Positions 29,284-40,653 of a DNA stretch of 53,459 bases are shown here, piece after piece (position 1 is the first letter of the stretch; each line of letters starts with the position of its first letter). A program made the translations under genes and the position numbers. This stretch comes from Prorocentrum cordatum (Eukaryota): positions 62,001 to 115,459 of the forward strand of contig CAUYUJ010000316.1 of assembly GCA_963575745.1 (NCBI GenBank), in the 5' to 3' direction. The notes below the pieces were generated by a model that saw only the letters and a program-made list of their open reading frames with translations, searched no databases and was not told the DNA's origin.

Positions 29284-30406
29284 CATTTTACCCGAACGCT
29301 CAGTGTTCTCACCAGTGCCAGGGTTTTCATGCGACGCGAGACAATACCCCCACTTCGTGGGGGGGCAGTTCAAGCTCTACCAAATATCCAAACGACTCTT
29401 CGCGACCACCCAAACCCAGCTTCCCGCCCTATGACGTTGGGACACTTCACTTCGTGGCGTGCGGACGACCGTGGCTACTACACTGGCGTGGGGTACACAC
29501 CCACAGAACTTGGTCACTTATTCGGGGCGCGCGTGTGCCCAGCATCCTGCAATTGTGACATACAATACATGACACAGACAGACAGAGAGAGAGACAGAGA
29601 GCAGACAGAGAGAGAGACAGAGAGAGCGGAGTTCTGGCCCCTGGCAGGCGCGCGAACCCCGTTGCAAGAGCGTGCGAAAGTAGCTCGCGCGAGCTCATGT
29701 AACATAAATGTTGGAAAACCATTGGTTTTTTTAGGATTCGGACAGCGCGCGCGGGTGGAAATTTTGAAAAGTCGTGCAGGTGTTTTTCGAGGACCTACGG
29801 TGCGATTCGTGTGATTTTATGATGCGCGGTGGTAAAATTCTTAAAAACCCAATGGTTTTTGTAGATTTCGGCGTGCGCGCGCGAAGAAAAAACGAATGTG
29901 TCCCGCATGGTATTATTTGACAGGGATGATGGCCCTGGCAGGTGCGCAACCGTTGTCGCAGAAGTTTGAAAAAGTTGCTCGCAAAAGCCCGTTTGACAAA
30001 ATTGTTTAAAAAGTGATGGTTTTCCTACGAATCCGCAAGAGCGCGCGGGATGAGATTTTGACAATTTTTTATTTAAAAAACCATTGGGTTTTTGATGTTT
30101 TTATGTTGAAATCGTTCCGAAACCTAAGGTTTTGGAAGGATTTCGTCTTGCACGCGCGAATGTCCACTTTAGCTTATTTTTTGCAAGGGATTCTTGAAAT
30201 TGGATTACATTTGAACAAGAAATTTCATTTTATAGTGTTTTTTGCAAGGGAAAACGGGGGGGAACAAAACAACCGGATCCGGTACTAATCCACTTTTCTG
30301 AAGCTTTCGCGAAAAAATGATGAAAATGTAGCTGCGGCCTAGGTTTTGGAGGGGGGTCGTGCACCAGGGGTCCCAACAATAATTATTCTTTAGAAGTAAT
30401 AATGTT
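29281..30406 (-). mobile_element. (AAC)n-flanked, TIR-less composite element, copy 2
   Basis: Lies between (AAC)n at 29132-29280 and 30407-30728; termini shared with 23146-24881; the whole block splits a host MITE. Confidence 0.7.
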
Positions 30407-30547
30407 CAACAACAACAACAACAACAATAACAACAACAACAGCAACAGCAACAGCAACAGCAACAACAACACCAACACCAACACCAACAACAACACCAAT
30501 ACCACCACCACCAACAACAACAACAACGATAACGACAACGACAACGG

Positions 30548-30587
<40 letters not shown>

Positions 30588-30591
30588 AACG

Positions 30592-30643
<52 letters not shown>

Positions 30644-30680
30644 CGACAACGACAACGACACCGACAACAACAACAACACC

Positions 30681-30711
<31 letters not shown>

Positions 30712-32114
30712 CCAACAACAACAACAACAAAAAAAAACGCACACGCCCGAGCGATGCCAAGACTCCGGCGCGCCCCCGACCGTGGCAGCCCGTCGGCGGC
30801 GGCGGAGACCTCGGTGCGTGCGGCGGCAGCGGGCCGAGGCCTCCGCGTTTCTCCCTCGGGGGCCGCCGGCCGCACGCGGCCGCCCTGGAGCGGGTCATTG
30901 AGCTCTGCACGGGTATTCGGCGATGGGCCGATCCTCCTCCACACCACTGCAGTACTCGGCCTGGCCCGAGGAACGATAGCCCTTGTTCCCGAGTGCAGTC
31001 GACCCGTGTAGCAAGGATGCGCGATAAGGCTGCAAGGGCCTTGGACGCCCATTTCGAAGCTTCTCGAGCGGACCGCGGCCAACGAAAGCGGCCAAGGATG
31101 GGCCGAAAGGCAAGGATGCAAGGGAACCCTTGGGTAGGTTGCCAATCCTTACTATGCGGGTTGACTGTACAGTACTCGGCCTGGCCTGAGGAACGATGGC
31201 CCCTTTTGTCTCCAAGCAAATCTAGGGAGGCCGAAGGAACGCCAGGAGGGCTCGCCGCCAAAGAGGTGGCGGAACGCATGCAGACCAAAGGAACGACCGA
31301 GCCCCTTTTGAGAAGTCACATCAGTGTTCCTTGTTCAAACCGGTCGGGGATGGACAGACCTCCCTTTAGTAGAACGTGGTTTAGTGAAAACGACCTGAGG
31401 CCCAAACCTGGCGGGCGCAAGCCTGGAAAATAACGGCCGCGGCGCCCTCTCGAGAACCGAAAACGGACAATTCACTAATCGACGTGTCACTGTTGGGGGT
31501 TCTGTCCGCCCCCGAACCGGACCCTGTACCACAGGTAGGACCAAGGAGAAGGGAGGCTGGGGAGGTCATTCAGGCCGGACGGTCGGACCCTGCACCACAG
31601 GTAGGACAGGGGAGAAGGGAGGCTGGGGAGGTCCTCCTCCTCCTCCTCCTGCTCCTCCACCTCCTCCTCCTCCTCCTCCTCCTCCTCCTCCTCCTCCTCC
31701 TCCTCCTCCTCATTGCTCCTCCTCCTCCTCCTACTCCTCCTCCTCCTCCTCGTCCTCCTCCTCGTCCTCGTCCTCGTCCTCCTCCTTCCCCCCTCCTCCT
31801 CCTCCTCGTCCTCGTCCTCCTCCTTGTCCCTGTGGCAGCAGTGGAGAATCGGTCCATCAAATTTGCCCGAGATCGCTGCGCGCTCACAGGATGCCGCGCC
31901 ACCGGGCCGAGGGTGCAGATTGCCGCTCCTATAGCGAGTTGTTCGGGAAGGCGCGGCGAACACACCGCTTCGGGGATACTTCTCGAGTATAGAGGGCAGA
32001 ATATCCACCCCGATAATAAGCACCCCGACAAGCGAAGCGGGCGCACTTCGCGCCCGCTTCGCTTCCAGCGCAATCCAAGCGAAATTACATGATAAAGTGA
32101 GAATGGACAACGTC

Positions 32115-32344
32115 CCGCAAAGATCACCATCTGGGAACGTGCTCCCTGAGGAACGCTTCTGGGGTCGTTGAATAAGCAGACCCTGAGATCCTGCTGCCTT
32201 GACCAGACATACTGGGCAGCTGCCCGAAGGTAACCTTTGGGAAGCTTCGGGATGCTCGTGGCCTGTGGAACTTTCGCGGACTTGAGGATCTTCCGGACGT
32301 CTGGAGGGCCCCATTGGACTATCTTGGAGGTGTTTGGGAGGTCC
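32115..32344 (-). CDS. Exon of the P-loop/AAA-like gene (DLPNTSKIVQWGPPDV...VCLFNDPRSVPQGARSQMVIFAG)
   Basis: Unique, protein-like, AAG|G acceptor and G|GA donor; the frame stays open upstream, so the 5' boundary is uncertain. Confidence 0.65.
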
Positions 32345-32818
32345 CTTGGAAACCGTGGGGGGGCCAATGATAGGGCTGCCAAGTCCAGTCGAAGCCGCAG
32401 CGGGCGCGGCCTTGGGCATCCATTAGGTCGTGCTGTAGCTTGCTGGGAAGCGTTCAGATGTTGCGGTGCCAGACTGATGACGCGGCCCACACCCTGGCAA
32501 GGACAGATGCCCGACGTGCCAGCACCCTTGGGGGGAAATGAACGGGGGAGGAGGAAGGGAGATACAGGAGGAGGAGGAGGAGGAGGAGGAGGAGGAGGAG
32601 GAGGAGGAGGAGGAGGAGGAGAAGGAGAAGGAGGAGGAGGAGGAGGAGGAACAAGGAGGAGCAAGTACGAGCGAGGAGGTCCGGCAGGCGCGCCCAGCAC
32701 GACGTTGCGCCCGGGGCGTGCGTGCAGGGCGATGCCCCCCCGCCGTCTGCCGGAATGCCGGGAAAAAACGCCCACGGAGGCCGCGGCACGTGCGCGAGGC
32801 ACCCGCGTGGAGGTCCTA

Positions 32819-32983
32819 CACCCTGCGAAATGCTTAAGAAATCATGGGTTAAGAAATTCATAGTCTCAGAACTTGAATAAAAACCCAGAATGTCTATTCA
32901 AATCTTAGGATTTACATTGAAACATTAAGAATAATCGAGACTCTGGCCGAAAACTTAGGTTTTCTTAAGCATCGCCTAAGGTG
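32819..32983 (+). mobile_element. 165-bp CACC/TA MITE, copy 2
   Basis: Closely matches the reverse complement of 25756-25920; TA at 32817-32818 and 32984-32985. Confidence 0.92.
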
Positions 32984-33044
32984 TACGGCAGCCCGCGGGA
33001 GGACGGGCCGAGGACTCCGAAGGGCCTGCGGGAACCATGCCCTC

Positions 33045-33170
33045 GCCATCGCTCGGACGTCCACTCTGTGTGCAGTGTTCGGTGTCGGTCATGTGTTTGT
33101 TTGTTCGATGATCCAGGGTGCTCCTCCAGGGTCCTCGCCGAGGAAAACATGCACCCTTCCAAGCGATGCC
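33045..33170 (+). mobile_element. ~130-bp MITE family with TIR GCCATCGCTCGGACG / CGTCCGAGCGATGCC (copies at 29026-30758 split, 34687 partial, 35845-36125, 40890-41022, 42263-42650 and 46652-46970)
   Basis: Shared ends and internal GATCCAGGATGCTCCTCGATGGTCCTCGCCGAGG-type motif. Confidence 0.85.
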
Positions 33171-35021
33171 AGGCGCCAGGAGTCGTGTTGGATGCCTTCG
33201 GGGGACGTTTCTGAAGGGCCCTCGGGAGTTTCTGAGGCTGGGGTAACTATCTTCTGCTTTTGGCGGGGGTCTCCTGGTGGTTTCTTGGGTCTTTGCTGGC
33301 GCGCCTCGGGGGCCTCCCTGGGGCTCTTGGCGTCTGGGCTCGAAATGTCGAATGGGGTCGGCCTTGGAAACAAGCTTTTAAGGATTTCCTTTTATCTCAA
33401 GCTGGGCCTCCGACCAATCAGAAGCCCAGGATGCTGAGTGAAAGCGGCTGATGGAGGAAGGAGCAAATGAGACTTGAGCATGAGGGAGGGGGGGAGGCGG
33501 AAACGCATGAGGGATGCGGCGGTGAGAGGAAAGCGTGAAAGAGGGACGAGGAAGAGGGAGGAGGGAAATGACGCAGCGGGGAAGAGGACGGGGGGAATTC
33601 AAGGCTGTGGAAAGGGAGGCGGGGACGAAAAAAGAGCAGAAGAGAGAGAGAGAGAGAGAGAGAACAGAAAAAAAAGAAAAATGAAAATAAGGAGAACGGA
33701 TACCGAGGGATGGGGGAAACGGGAACGCACTGTTGGGCACACCAACGCCTGAGACGGGAGGGAACGGATGGGGGCCTGGGCGAACGCGCAAAACAAAAAC
33801 CATATTTGAGGAAATTAATTGTTTCATACATATTGGCTCTGGAGGCCCCAAGGACAACCCATGATCTCCCCAAGAGACCTCCGAGAGTCCCACCAGAGAT
33901 CAGGGGAACCCCTCGAGAGGCCACAATCATGGACGAACATGAGGGCAACTTTTATGTTTGTGTTCTCGCACTTCCGCCTCCATTTCAAACCAATGAAATC
34001 GGAGGCCCCAGACCCCGCGAACGAACGGGCGGGGATGGCCGCGACGAACGGCGACGGCGACGGGCGGCACGGCACCGACTTTGCGGCGATGGTCCCGGGG
34101 CGACGGCGACGGCGACGGGCGGCACGGGCGGGGATGGCGGCGACGAGCGGCGAAGGCGACGGGCGGCACGGCGGCGATTTTGCGGCGCTGGTCCCGGTGC
34201 GACGGCGACGGGCGGCGACGGGCGGGGATGGCGGCGACGGGGCACCTTGTAGAGAGCAGGAAATCCACCCCCAGAATAAGCACCCCGACAAGCGAAGCCG
34301 TTTAGTAAACGCACTCAAGGAAGAAATCAAACAGGGCAGGGCTGCTTAGTAAACGCCGCCCAGGGCCGTTTAGTAAACGCCAATTGTCGTGGTCGGGGTC
34401 GCTTTTCCCCCCTTGACCTTGGGCCAGGGGCACTTCCAGCAACACCCGATCTTTTCGGGGCCACCAAAGGGGGGTGTGCATCGAATTGCCGAAAAACGAT
34501 GTCCCACGCGCGCCCCGATCGTCGACGCCTCTAGGGTTCCGGCGGCGGCCAGAGACCTCGTTTTGCATGGTGTTTCTGCTGTCCGATGCGCCAACGGACC
34601 GAACTCCCCCCCCCTTGTGCCCCCCCCCCCCTTGCGAGGTCCCGACCATGGTCGGGCGTTGGCAGAACTGGGACAGAGGGACACCTGCCATCGCTCGGAC
34701 GCCCCTTCTCTGTGCAGCTTCTCGGCATCGTGCGCGCACTTTGTTGGCTCGATGACCCAGGATGCTCCTCGATGGCCCTCGCAGAGATCGGGTCGGGTGA
34801 AAGTGGGGGTTAGCAAAGGGGGGGCTTGAGAATCAGCTCACGTAGCTGATGTTCCCGGCGCCTCCCGGCGCCGGGAGGCGCCCATGCATCGAGGAGTGGG
34901 CCCCTCGGCGGGGCCGAAACCAGCTGCATGCAGCAGATTTCGTAACCCCCCCTTTCCCTATCCCCCCCTTTCGTTCGGCCCGAGGAAAGAACTGAGCAGG
35001 GACCGACCGTCCCGGCATTCC

Positions 35022-35196
35022 TACAGTCCTACCACGAAATGTTCTTAGAACCCCAAAATGTTCTAAGAACAATAACGATGCTCTTAGAACATAATCCCGA
35101 TGTGATAACACAAGACAGACTCCGCCAGACATGTTCCAAGAACATCCCGTGGGAGCCACAGGAAAGGTTCTTAGAACATTGTTTGGTGGGGCTACA
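35022..35196. mobile_element. Small MITE with GTTCTTAGAAC subterminal repeats
   Basis: CAGTCCTACCACGAAATGTTCTTAGAAC is mirrored imperfectly by GTTCTTAGAACATTGTTTGGTGGGGCTACA. Confidence 0.6.
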
Positions 35197-35435
35197 GGCG
35201 AGCCGGGACGCTTCGCCACTGCTTGAGAGGAGAGAGCATGCACACGCCCCAGCGATCGCAGCCTTTGGGCCTCCTGGAGGCCGTCGTCGCCACGGCCCGC
35301 CGTGGCCGGAGCGCGCGGCGCGGCCGCGGCAGCAGCGACGGCCGGCGTGCACTGGCCTGCAGCTCCTGCCGACGCCCGCGCAGCAGCGCGCCCGGCCGGG
35401 GGCCATCTGCGCGGCCCTCGCGCGGCGCAATTAGC

Positions 35436-35783
35436 CTCAAATCGGGCGTGTCCCCCTCCAAGGGGAGCTTCTGGGCGAAAAATGAAAATACGGAAAAAAT
35501 AGACACCGCAAATATTCAAGAATAGTTTAAACAAATCGTCCCCGGACTATGATTGAACTCTTTTGGACTACTCCAGATTTCGTAATAAAAGGGAGGGGGT
35601 CTGGACCCTCCAAGACAAGCCATTTCAGACCCCCCCCGTGGGAGAACCCTCCAAAACATCGTCCCCAGACCCCCCCAGGCCCTCCAAGATAGCCTGGAAG
35701 AGACCCCCCCCGAAATGAGACCCCCCTCCCTTTATTACGAAATCTGGAGTATTCCCCCTGTAGAGGGACACGCCCGACTTCAA
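35436..35783. mobile_element. Host MITE (TIR TCGGGCGTGTCCC) carrying a nested insertion; empty homolog at 42853-43013
   Basis: Inverted ends; collinear with 42853-43013 apart from the 35571-35749 insert. Confidence 0.75.
35571..35749. mobile_element. 179-bp Stowaway/mariner-like MITE, TA target-site duplication
   Basis: TIR CTCCAGATTTCGTAATAAA(A)GGGAGGGGG(G)TCT at both ends; TA at 35569-35570 and 35750-35751. Confidence 0.92.
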
Positions 35784-36235
35784 GTCAGCCCCCCGCCGAG
35801 GGCAGGAGGGCCCGTGCACGAGCAAAAAGGGGCCCAGGGCCTCCTACCGCTCGGACAGGCACGCCCCGCGCCTTTCTCGGCGGCGTGCGCCTGGGGTGGG
35901 CCTGTCTTCCACCACCACCACCATCAGTTGGAGAGAAAAAGGAGGTGAAGGAGGAGGAGGAGGAGGAGGAGGAGGAGGAGGAGGAGGAGGAGGAGGACCC
36001 CCTCCCCCTCCAATCTATGGTGGCGGTGGTGGGAAACAAGCCCGTCGGCGCTCGCTTCTGGCAAGATGACCCAGGACGCTCCTCGATGGCCCCAGCCGGG
36101 AAATTGCTCACGCCCGAGCGATGCCGCAAGAATGGCCCTGGCCGAGCAGTGGCGTAATGAATATATTTGGCGGAGGCGGTAATGGACGTGTCTTTGCACT
36201 CCTACGGCCTACCCCATGCGCAGGTTCGCGACCAC

Positions 36236-36784
36236 TCACGGAATGAGAGGCGCACTCGAATATCCCTCGTTCCCTACACCACGTCGGTACGCAAGATCTA
36301 CCTGCTCGTAAGCCGACTTGAGTCTGGTCTTCACCGGGACGAGGTGAGCCAACAAAGGGGCCATCATCCTTGCGACCCCCGAACTTCCAATGTCAGTCCA
36401 GTAGTCTGGCTCCAGAAAGTTCGATAGGTGGTACTCGATCATGTACTGGCGTTGCACTCTCAAAAATAGGTACTCCTTGCCTATCTCGTAGAAGCGCACT
36501 GCAGCAGGGTTTTCCCCGCAAGCCAAAGGGTGTCCTCTTAAAAGTCCCTGATCCTCTCCTCCAACATCTTGGAAATAGTACCTACACTTCAGCGCAAAGA
36601 CAGGATTGCAATTCAACCAATCGTACACCCTGTGCATCTTTGCCTCTGCAACCGTGAGGGAGGCATCCTGCTCTGTGGCATCAGTCTCCTTGAACGGTCT
36701 CACGAAGAAATGATAGCAACCTGACCACAACGCGAAGGAGGCGACAAACGCGACCCCCATCACGGACCATCTAGTTGATGCATC
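36236..36784 (-). CDS. CSC1/OSCA/TMEM63-like membrane channel, terminal exon (DASTRWSV...WLNCNPVFALKCRYYF...RFYEIGKEYLFL...PLIP*)
   Basis: GCAG|GAT acceptor, 183 codons to TGA; one transmembrane helix followed by an NPV..L...Y / GKE.L tail that I recall from dinoflagellate OSCA-like proteins. Confidence 0.85.
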   Translation of the reverse strand, partial: DASTRWSVMGVAFVASFALWSGCYHFFVRPFKETDATEQDASLTVAEAKMHRVYDWLNCNPVFALKCRYYFQDVGGEDQGLLRGHPLACGENPAAVRFYEIGKEYLFLRVQRQYMIEYHLSNFLEPDYWTDIGSSGVARMMAPLLAHLVPVKTRLKSAYEQVDLAYRRGVGNEGYSSAPLIP

Positions 36785-36983
36785 CTGCGGCGAGCCGAGC
36801 CCAGACCCACGCCCCAAAGCTCGAGCGCCCATGCTGATAGCAAACTGCCATCCCCCCTGTACTGGAGGACCGGGAGGAGACACGAGGAGGGAAGAGAGTG
36901 GATGAAGGAGGTGGAATCAGGGCGGAGTGGGTATTGAGGGCATGAGCTTTGGGGTGGAGTGTTTGGGAGACCAGCGCACCATC

Positions 36984-37206
36984 CTCATGAATATCATCCT
37001 TGACGTAAAACCAATGTGGCACATTCGCGGCCACTACAGAGATGGGAATGCCCCAAAGATACCAAGCCACCGAGAACAGCGTGCTGGTGGTTATAAAATC
37101 TAGCCCGTGGAAGCGCAAGTAAGCATACCTCACGTATACGTAGATGTAGAGACCCCACCCACACAGCAATGCAAAGAAGAACCAACAAGAAGTAGATATG
37201 AAGATC
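36984..37206 (-). CDS. CSC1/OSCA-like channel exon (IFISTSCWFFFALLCGWGLYIYVYVRYAYLRFH...WYLWGIPISVVAANVPHWFYVKDDIHE)
   Basis: Two hydrophobic helices and a GAG|GA donor; acceptor ambiguous (CG at 37207-37208 or AG at 37217-37218). Confidence 0.85.
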
Positions 37207-40099
37207 CGCAAGCCCGCTGTGGGACCGTCAGGCCGCGTGAAGCGCGTGGGTAGTAAGCGCGTACCGCATAATCGCACAATAGTGCTCAGGTGTATGCATG
37301 TGGACACTCTCCTGCCCGCCCTCCCTGGCGCCCCTCCCTTCGAAAATAGCATGCAACCGCATTCCTGCGGTCCCCTGTGTGGTTCTCAGGATGGGCCGCT
37401 CGATGCCTGGGGCACAAGTTGCGGGCGGCAGAAGTGGCTGGAGGCAGTAGATTCCGCAGCCCCCTTCTTGTTCACCACAGCGTCGTTGGCCGAGCTGGAT
37501 TTCTAAAGCTCTCATTGCACTGCGACTTGGACTCTGCAGACTTCTCCACGAGCCCTTCGGCCGCCGAAGCTCGCCTGCGTCGTCCACTGCAATGACAAAT
37601 CAAGATAGTCCCACCAGCCGACTGTCTGGCCGAGGGACAGCGCGAGGGGGGACTGGCACAGCGGGGGAAGCATCGATCTGGAAACGTCGTAATATCGCCG
37701 ATAGGTCGACGATAGGCACCCGATCACAAGCCCCTACGTTCCTGGGCGGGGTGAGGAGGATGATTTGGAGGAGGAGGACGAGAGGGAGGAGGAGCATGAG
37801 GAGGAGGAGGACGAGAAGGAGGAGTAGGAGTAGGAGAAGGAGGAGGAGGAGGACTATGAGGAGGAGGAGGAGGAGGAGGAGGAGGAGGAGGAGGAGGAGG
37901 AGGAGGAGGTCCCCCCTGAGCCTGTCCCTTGGTGGCTTCGCACGGGCCTCCAGCGGCCGCTCGGGGCGATCCGGGCCGCCCGGGAGCGCTCGCGGCGAGG
38001 CGCAGCTGCCAGAGACCATCCGGAGGCCAGAAAGCAGCCGCGAGCCTGCGAGAACGCCGGACAACCTCGAACCCTCCTCCTCCTCCTCCTCCTCCTCCTC
38101 CTCCTCCTCCTCCTCCTCCTCCTCCTCCTCCTCGGGCCCCCCCTGAGCATGTGCCCCACCCCCCACCGGTGCCGCTGTCCAGCATCCCCCTTGTCCCGAG
38201 ACGGTGCCGCTGGTCGCCTGCGGGAGAGGGGGGGGGCTCCAAGATACGAATCGGAGGACGGCCCTGACGTTTCTCGGTGCTCCCCTCCAGAAGTGTAGAC
38301 CTATCTGGGCTGCTCAAAATCTCGACTGGATTTTAGATGGCGAGGTCCTAGTGCTACCTTTCACCCTTCGAGGAAAGTCTGTGGGTGTGGAGCTCCAATC
38401 TACGAGTTGGCGGCGGGGCGCTCCAAGATAAGGGGGGTGGGGTCCAAGATGCGAGGGGGGGGCCCGTCGCAGGCGGGAGAGTGGGGGGGGGGGAACGGGG
38501 AGGGGGTGTCTCCGAGATACGGTCAACCCGTATCAGAAGGACGCACGATAAGGAAGCAAAGGCCTTGGAAGCCCGTGCCGACACTCTGCGAGCGGGGCGC
38601 GGCCCGCGAAAGCGGCCAGGGATGGGCCGAAGGGGAAGGATGCAAGGGTAGTCTTGGAAAGTAGTTGTTTCTTACTGTGCGGGTTGACAGTGCGAGTTGT
38701 CGGGCTGCGACGGGGCGGGCCTGAACACCACAGCCCCTGTTTCTGATCGGTGTCGTCAAAGAGGGCTCCGGAACGACTCTGGAGGGCGCCAAGTGGGCTC
38801 CAAGTGGGCCCCGAGTGGGGCCCAGGAAAGCTCGAGCGCCCCCCAGATGACCCCAACAGCGCCCAAACATTGCCAAACAAGCTTCAAGAGGCCCTCAGGT
38901 CGAAAGATCCGAGCAAGCCTTTGCGTTTTGTACCCAACCCTCCTGTGTGTTGGGTTCTCGTTTGAAATCCGCAGCGCCGCGCGTCTCCTCTCCCCCTCGC
39001 CCTCCCCCATCCTCAACTCTTCCTCCTCATCCTTGTCATCAACATCATCCTCATCGTCAACATCACGGTCGTCAACATCATCGCGTTCATACTCGCTACC
39101 GCCATCATCATTCACATCACCGTTTCGCCACCCCTCACGCGTTTCGCTGCCACAATAGGCGCTCTACCGAAGGCCCCAGTGGCAAGGTCCACATGCGGAT
39201 TCGGATCAATTCTGGTACACCGATCAAAAGATTCGTGGCCGCATAGGGAGCTCCACCGACAGCCCCAGTAGCAGGGTCCGCATGCAGACTTGGGCCCACT
39301 CTGGCAATACATCACGCACTTCGCGGCCCCATGGAGGCCCCAATGGCAGGGTGCGTTTCTCGATGGGTTGGCGGGGATACACGAAACGTCAACGGTTTGG
39401 CTGCCAGTGCCGTCATGGCCAAAAACAGGTTGCATGATGGTGCGCAGAACCTGGAATGCCTAGGGCACGCATGCCCCCGGCAGAAACGAGGAAATGCATC
39501 AAGGCGCATAGTATCATAAGCTTGGACTGGTCGCCAAACTCACTTACGTTGTTGTTGCCTGCGGAACGGGCCCGGGAGGCCCAGGATGGTCCCAAAGACC
39601 CCAGCAGAGCACTCAAAAATGCAATGAATGCTCCAAAAAGCCCGCCTAAGACCCGGATACCACCCGAAGACGCCGCAAAGAGGCTCCCGATGTTCAGTCG
39701 GAATTGATAGCAGAGGACAACTGAGATGGCACAAATCTCGTACGATGGCAACCTCGGCTCCAAACATGAAGAGGACATGGACCGGGATAACCAGGACGCA
39801 AAGGTGCCCTTGAGTCCACAGGGTCGCACTAAAGAGACCCAACTGTAGCCCAAGATGGCTACAAATGGCCCCGTGAGATGGCAATACAGGCCGCAGATGG
39901 CCTTGGCTCTCAGAATCACCCACACGAACCCAAAGGCGCAAACAATTGCCAAACACCGTCCTAACGGGTTCTGGTTCTGCCATTCGCTTTCGCAATGGAT
40001 GGAGGGCTATGCAGTCCAGAAGCTTAGCCAAACGCTCGCAAAAAAAGACCGTTGGTCCACACACCTCTCGGCGGTGATTCGCCAGAGGCATGTTCGATC

Positions 40100-40653
40100 A
40101 GCATGACGAAACACAACGTAGGAATGACTACGATGTCTGCAAAGTCACCCGTGATGGGCATCTGCCAGGGACTCGCCAGCTTCTCTGCGTTTCGGAAAGG
40201 CCAATGATCGATGGAGCCCGGACTGTACGGCAAAATCTTGACAAGAACTCTAAGGATACAATCAGGAAGACATTTCCAGACGTACAAGACCTTCGCTAAT
40301 GCTTGATTCCAAACATACTGGATGGTGGGCATGATGATGTTCATTGGCCTGCCTGCGAACATCATGCTCGGCATGACCGCGGCCATGTGAGTAGACATCC
40401 CTACGGACAAACTCAAGGGCCCACTTCCGTAGTTCGTAACCACAACACGCGCGTCCAATCCGATGTTGATGATGAGCATTGCAAACGTGAAAAGTATTGT
40501 TCCGAATGTGGCAAAGCTGAACAAATCGTCCTTTATAGGGAAGCCGATACCCTCGCTGAAACCGTATATGTTGCAGTAAACCAGGCCGTTCAAATTTCCG
40601 ACGATGATTCCGTAGAGGGTGTTGATAAATCCAGTCGCCGTAGTTCCCACGTC
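40100..40653 (-). CDS. CSC1/OSCA-like channel exon (DVGTTATGFINTLYG...RNAEKLASPWQMPITGDFADIVVIPTLCFVML)
   Basis: GAG|GAC acceptor, several transmembrane segments, phase 0 matching the upstream CAG|GA donor; 3' end at 40100 (GA) or 40083 (GC). Confidence 0.85.

Noticed and set aside
39843..39863. SL-like GTAGCCATCTTGGGCTACAG on the minus strand
   Set aside because: It has several mismatches and is also explained as a short palindrome.
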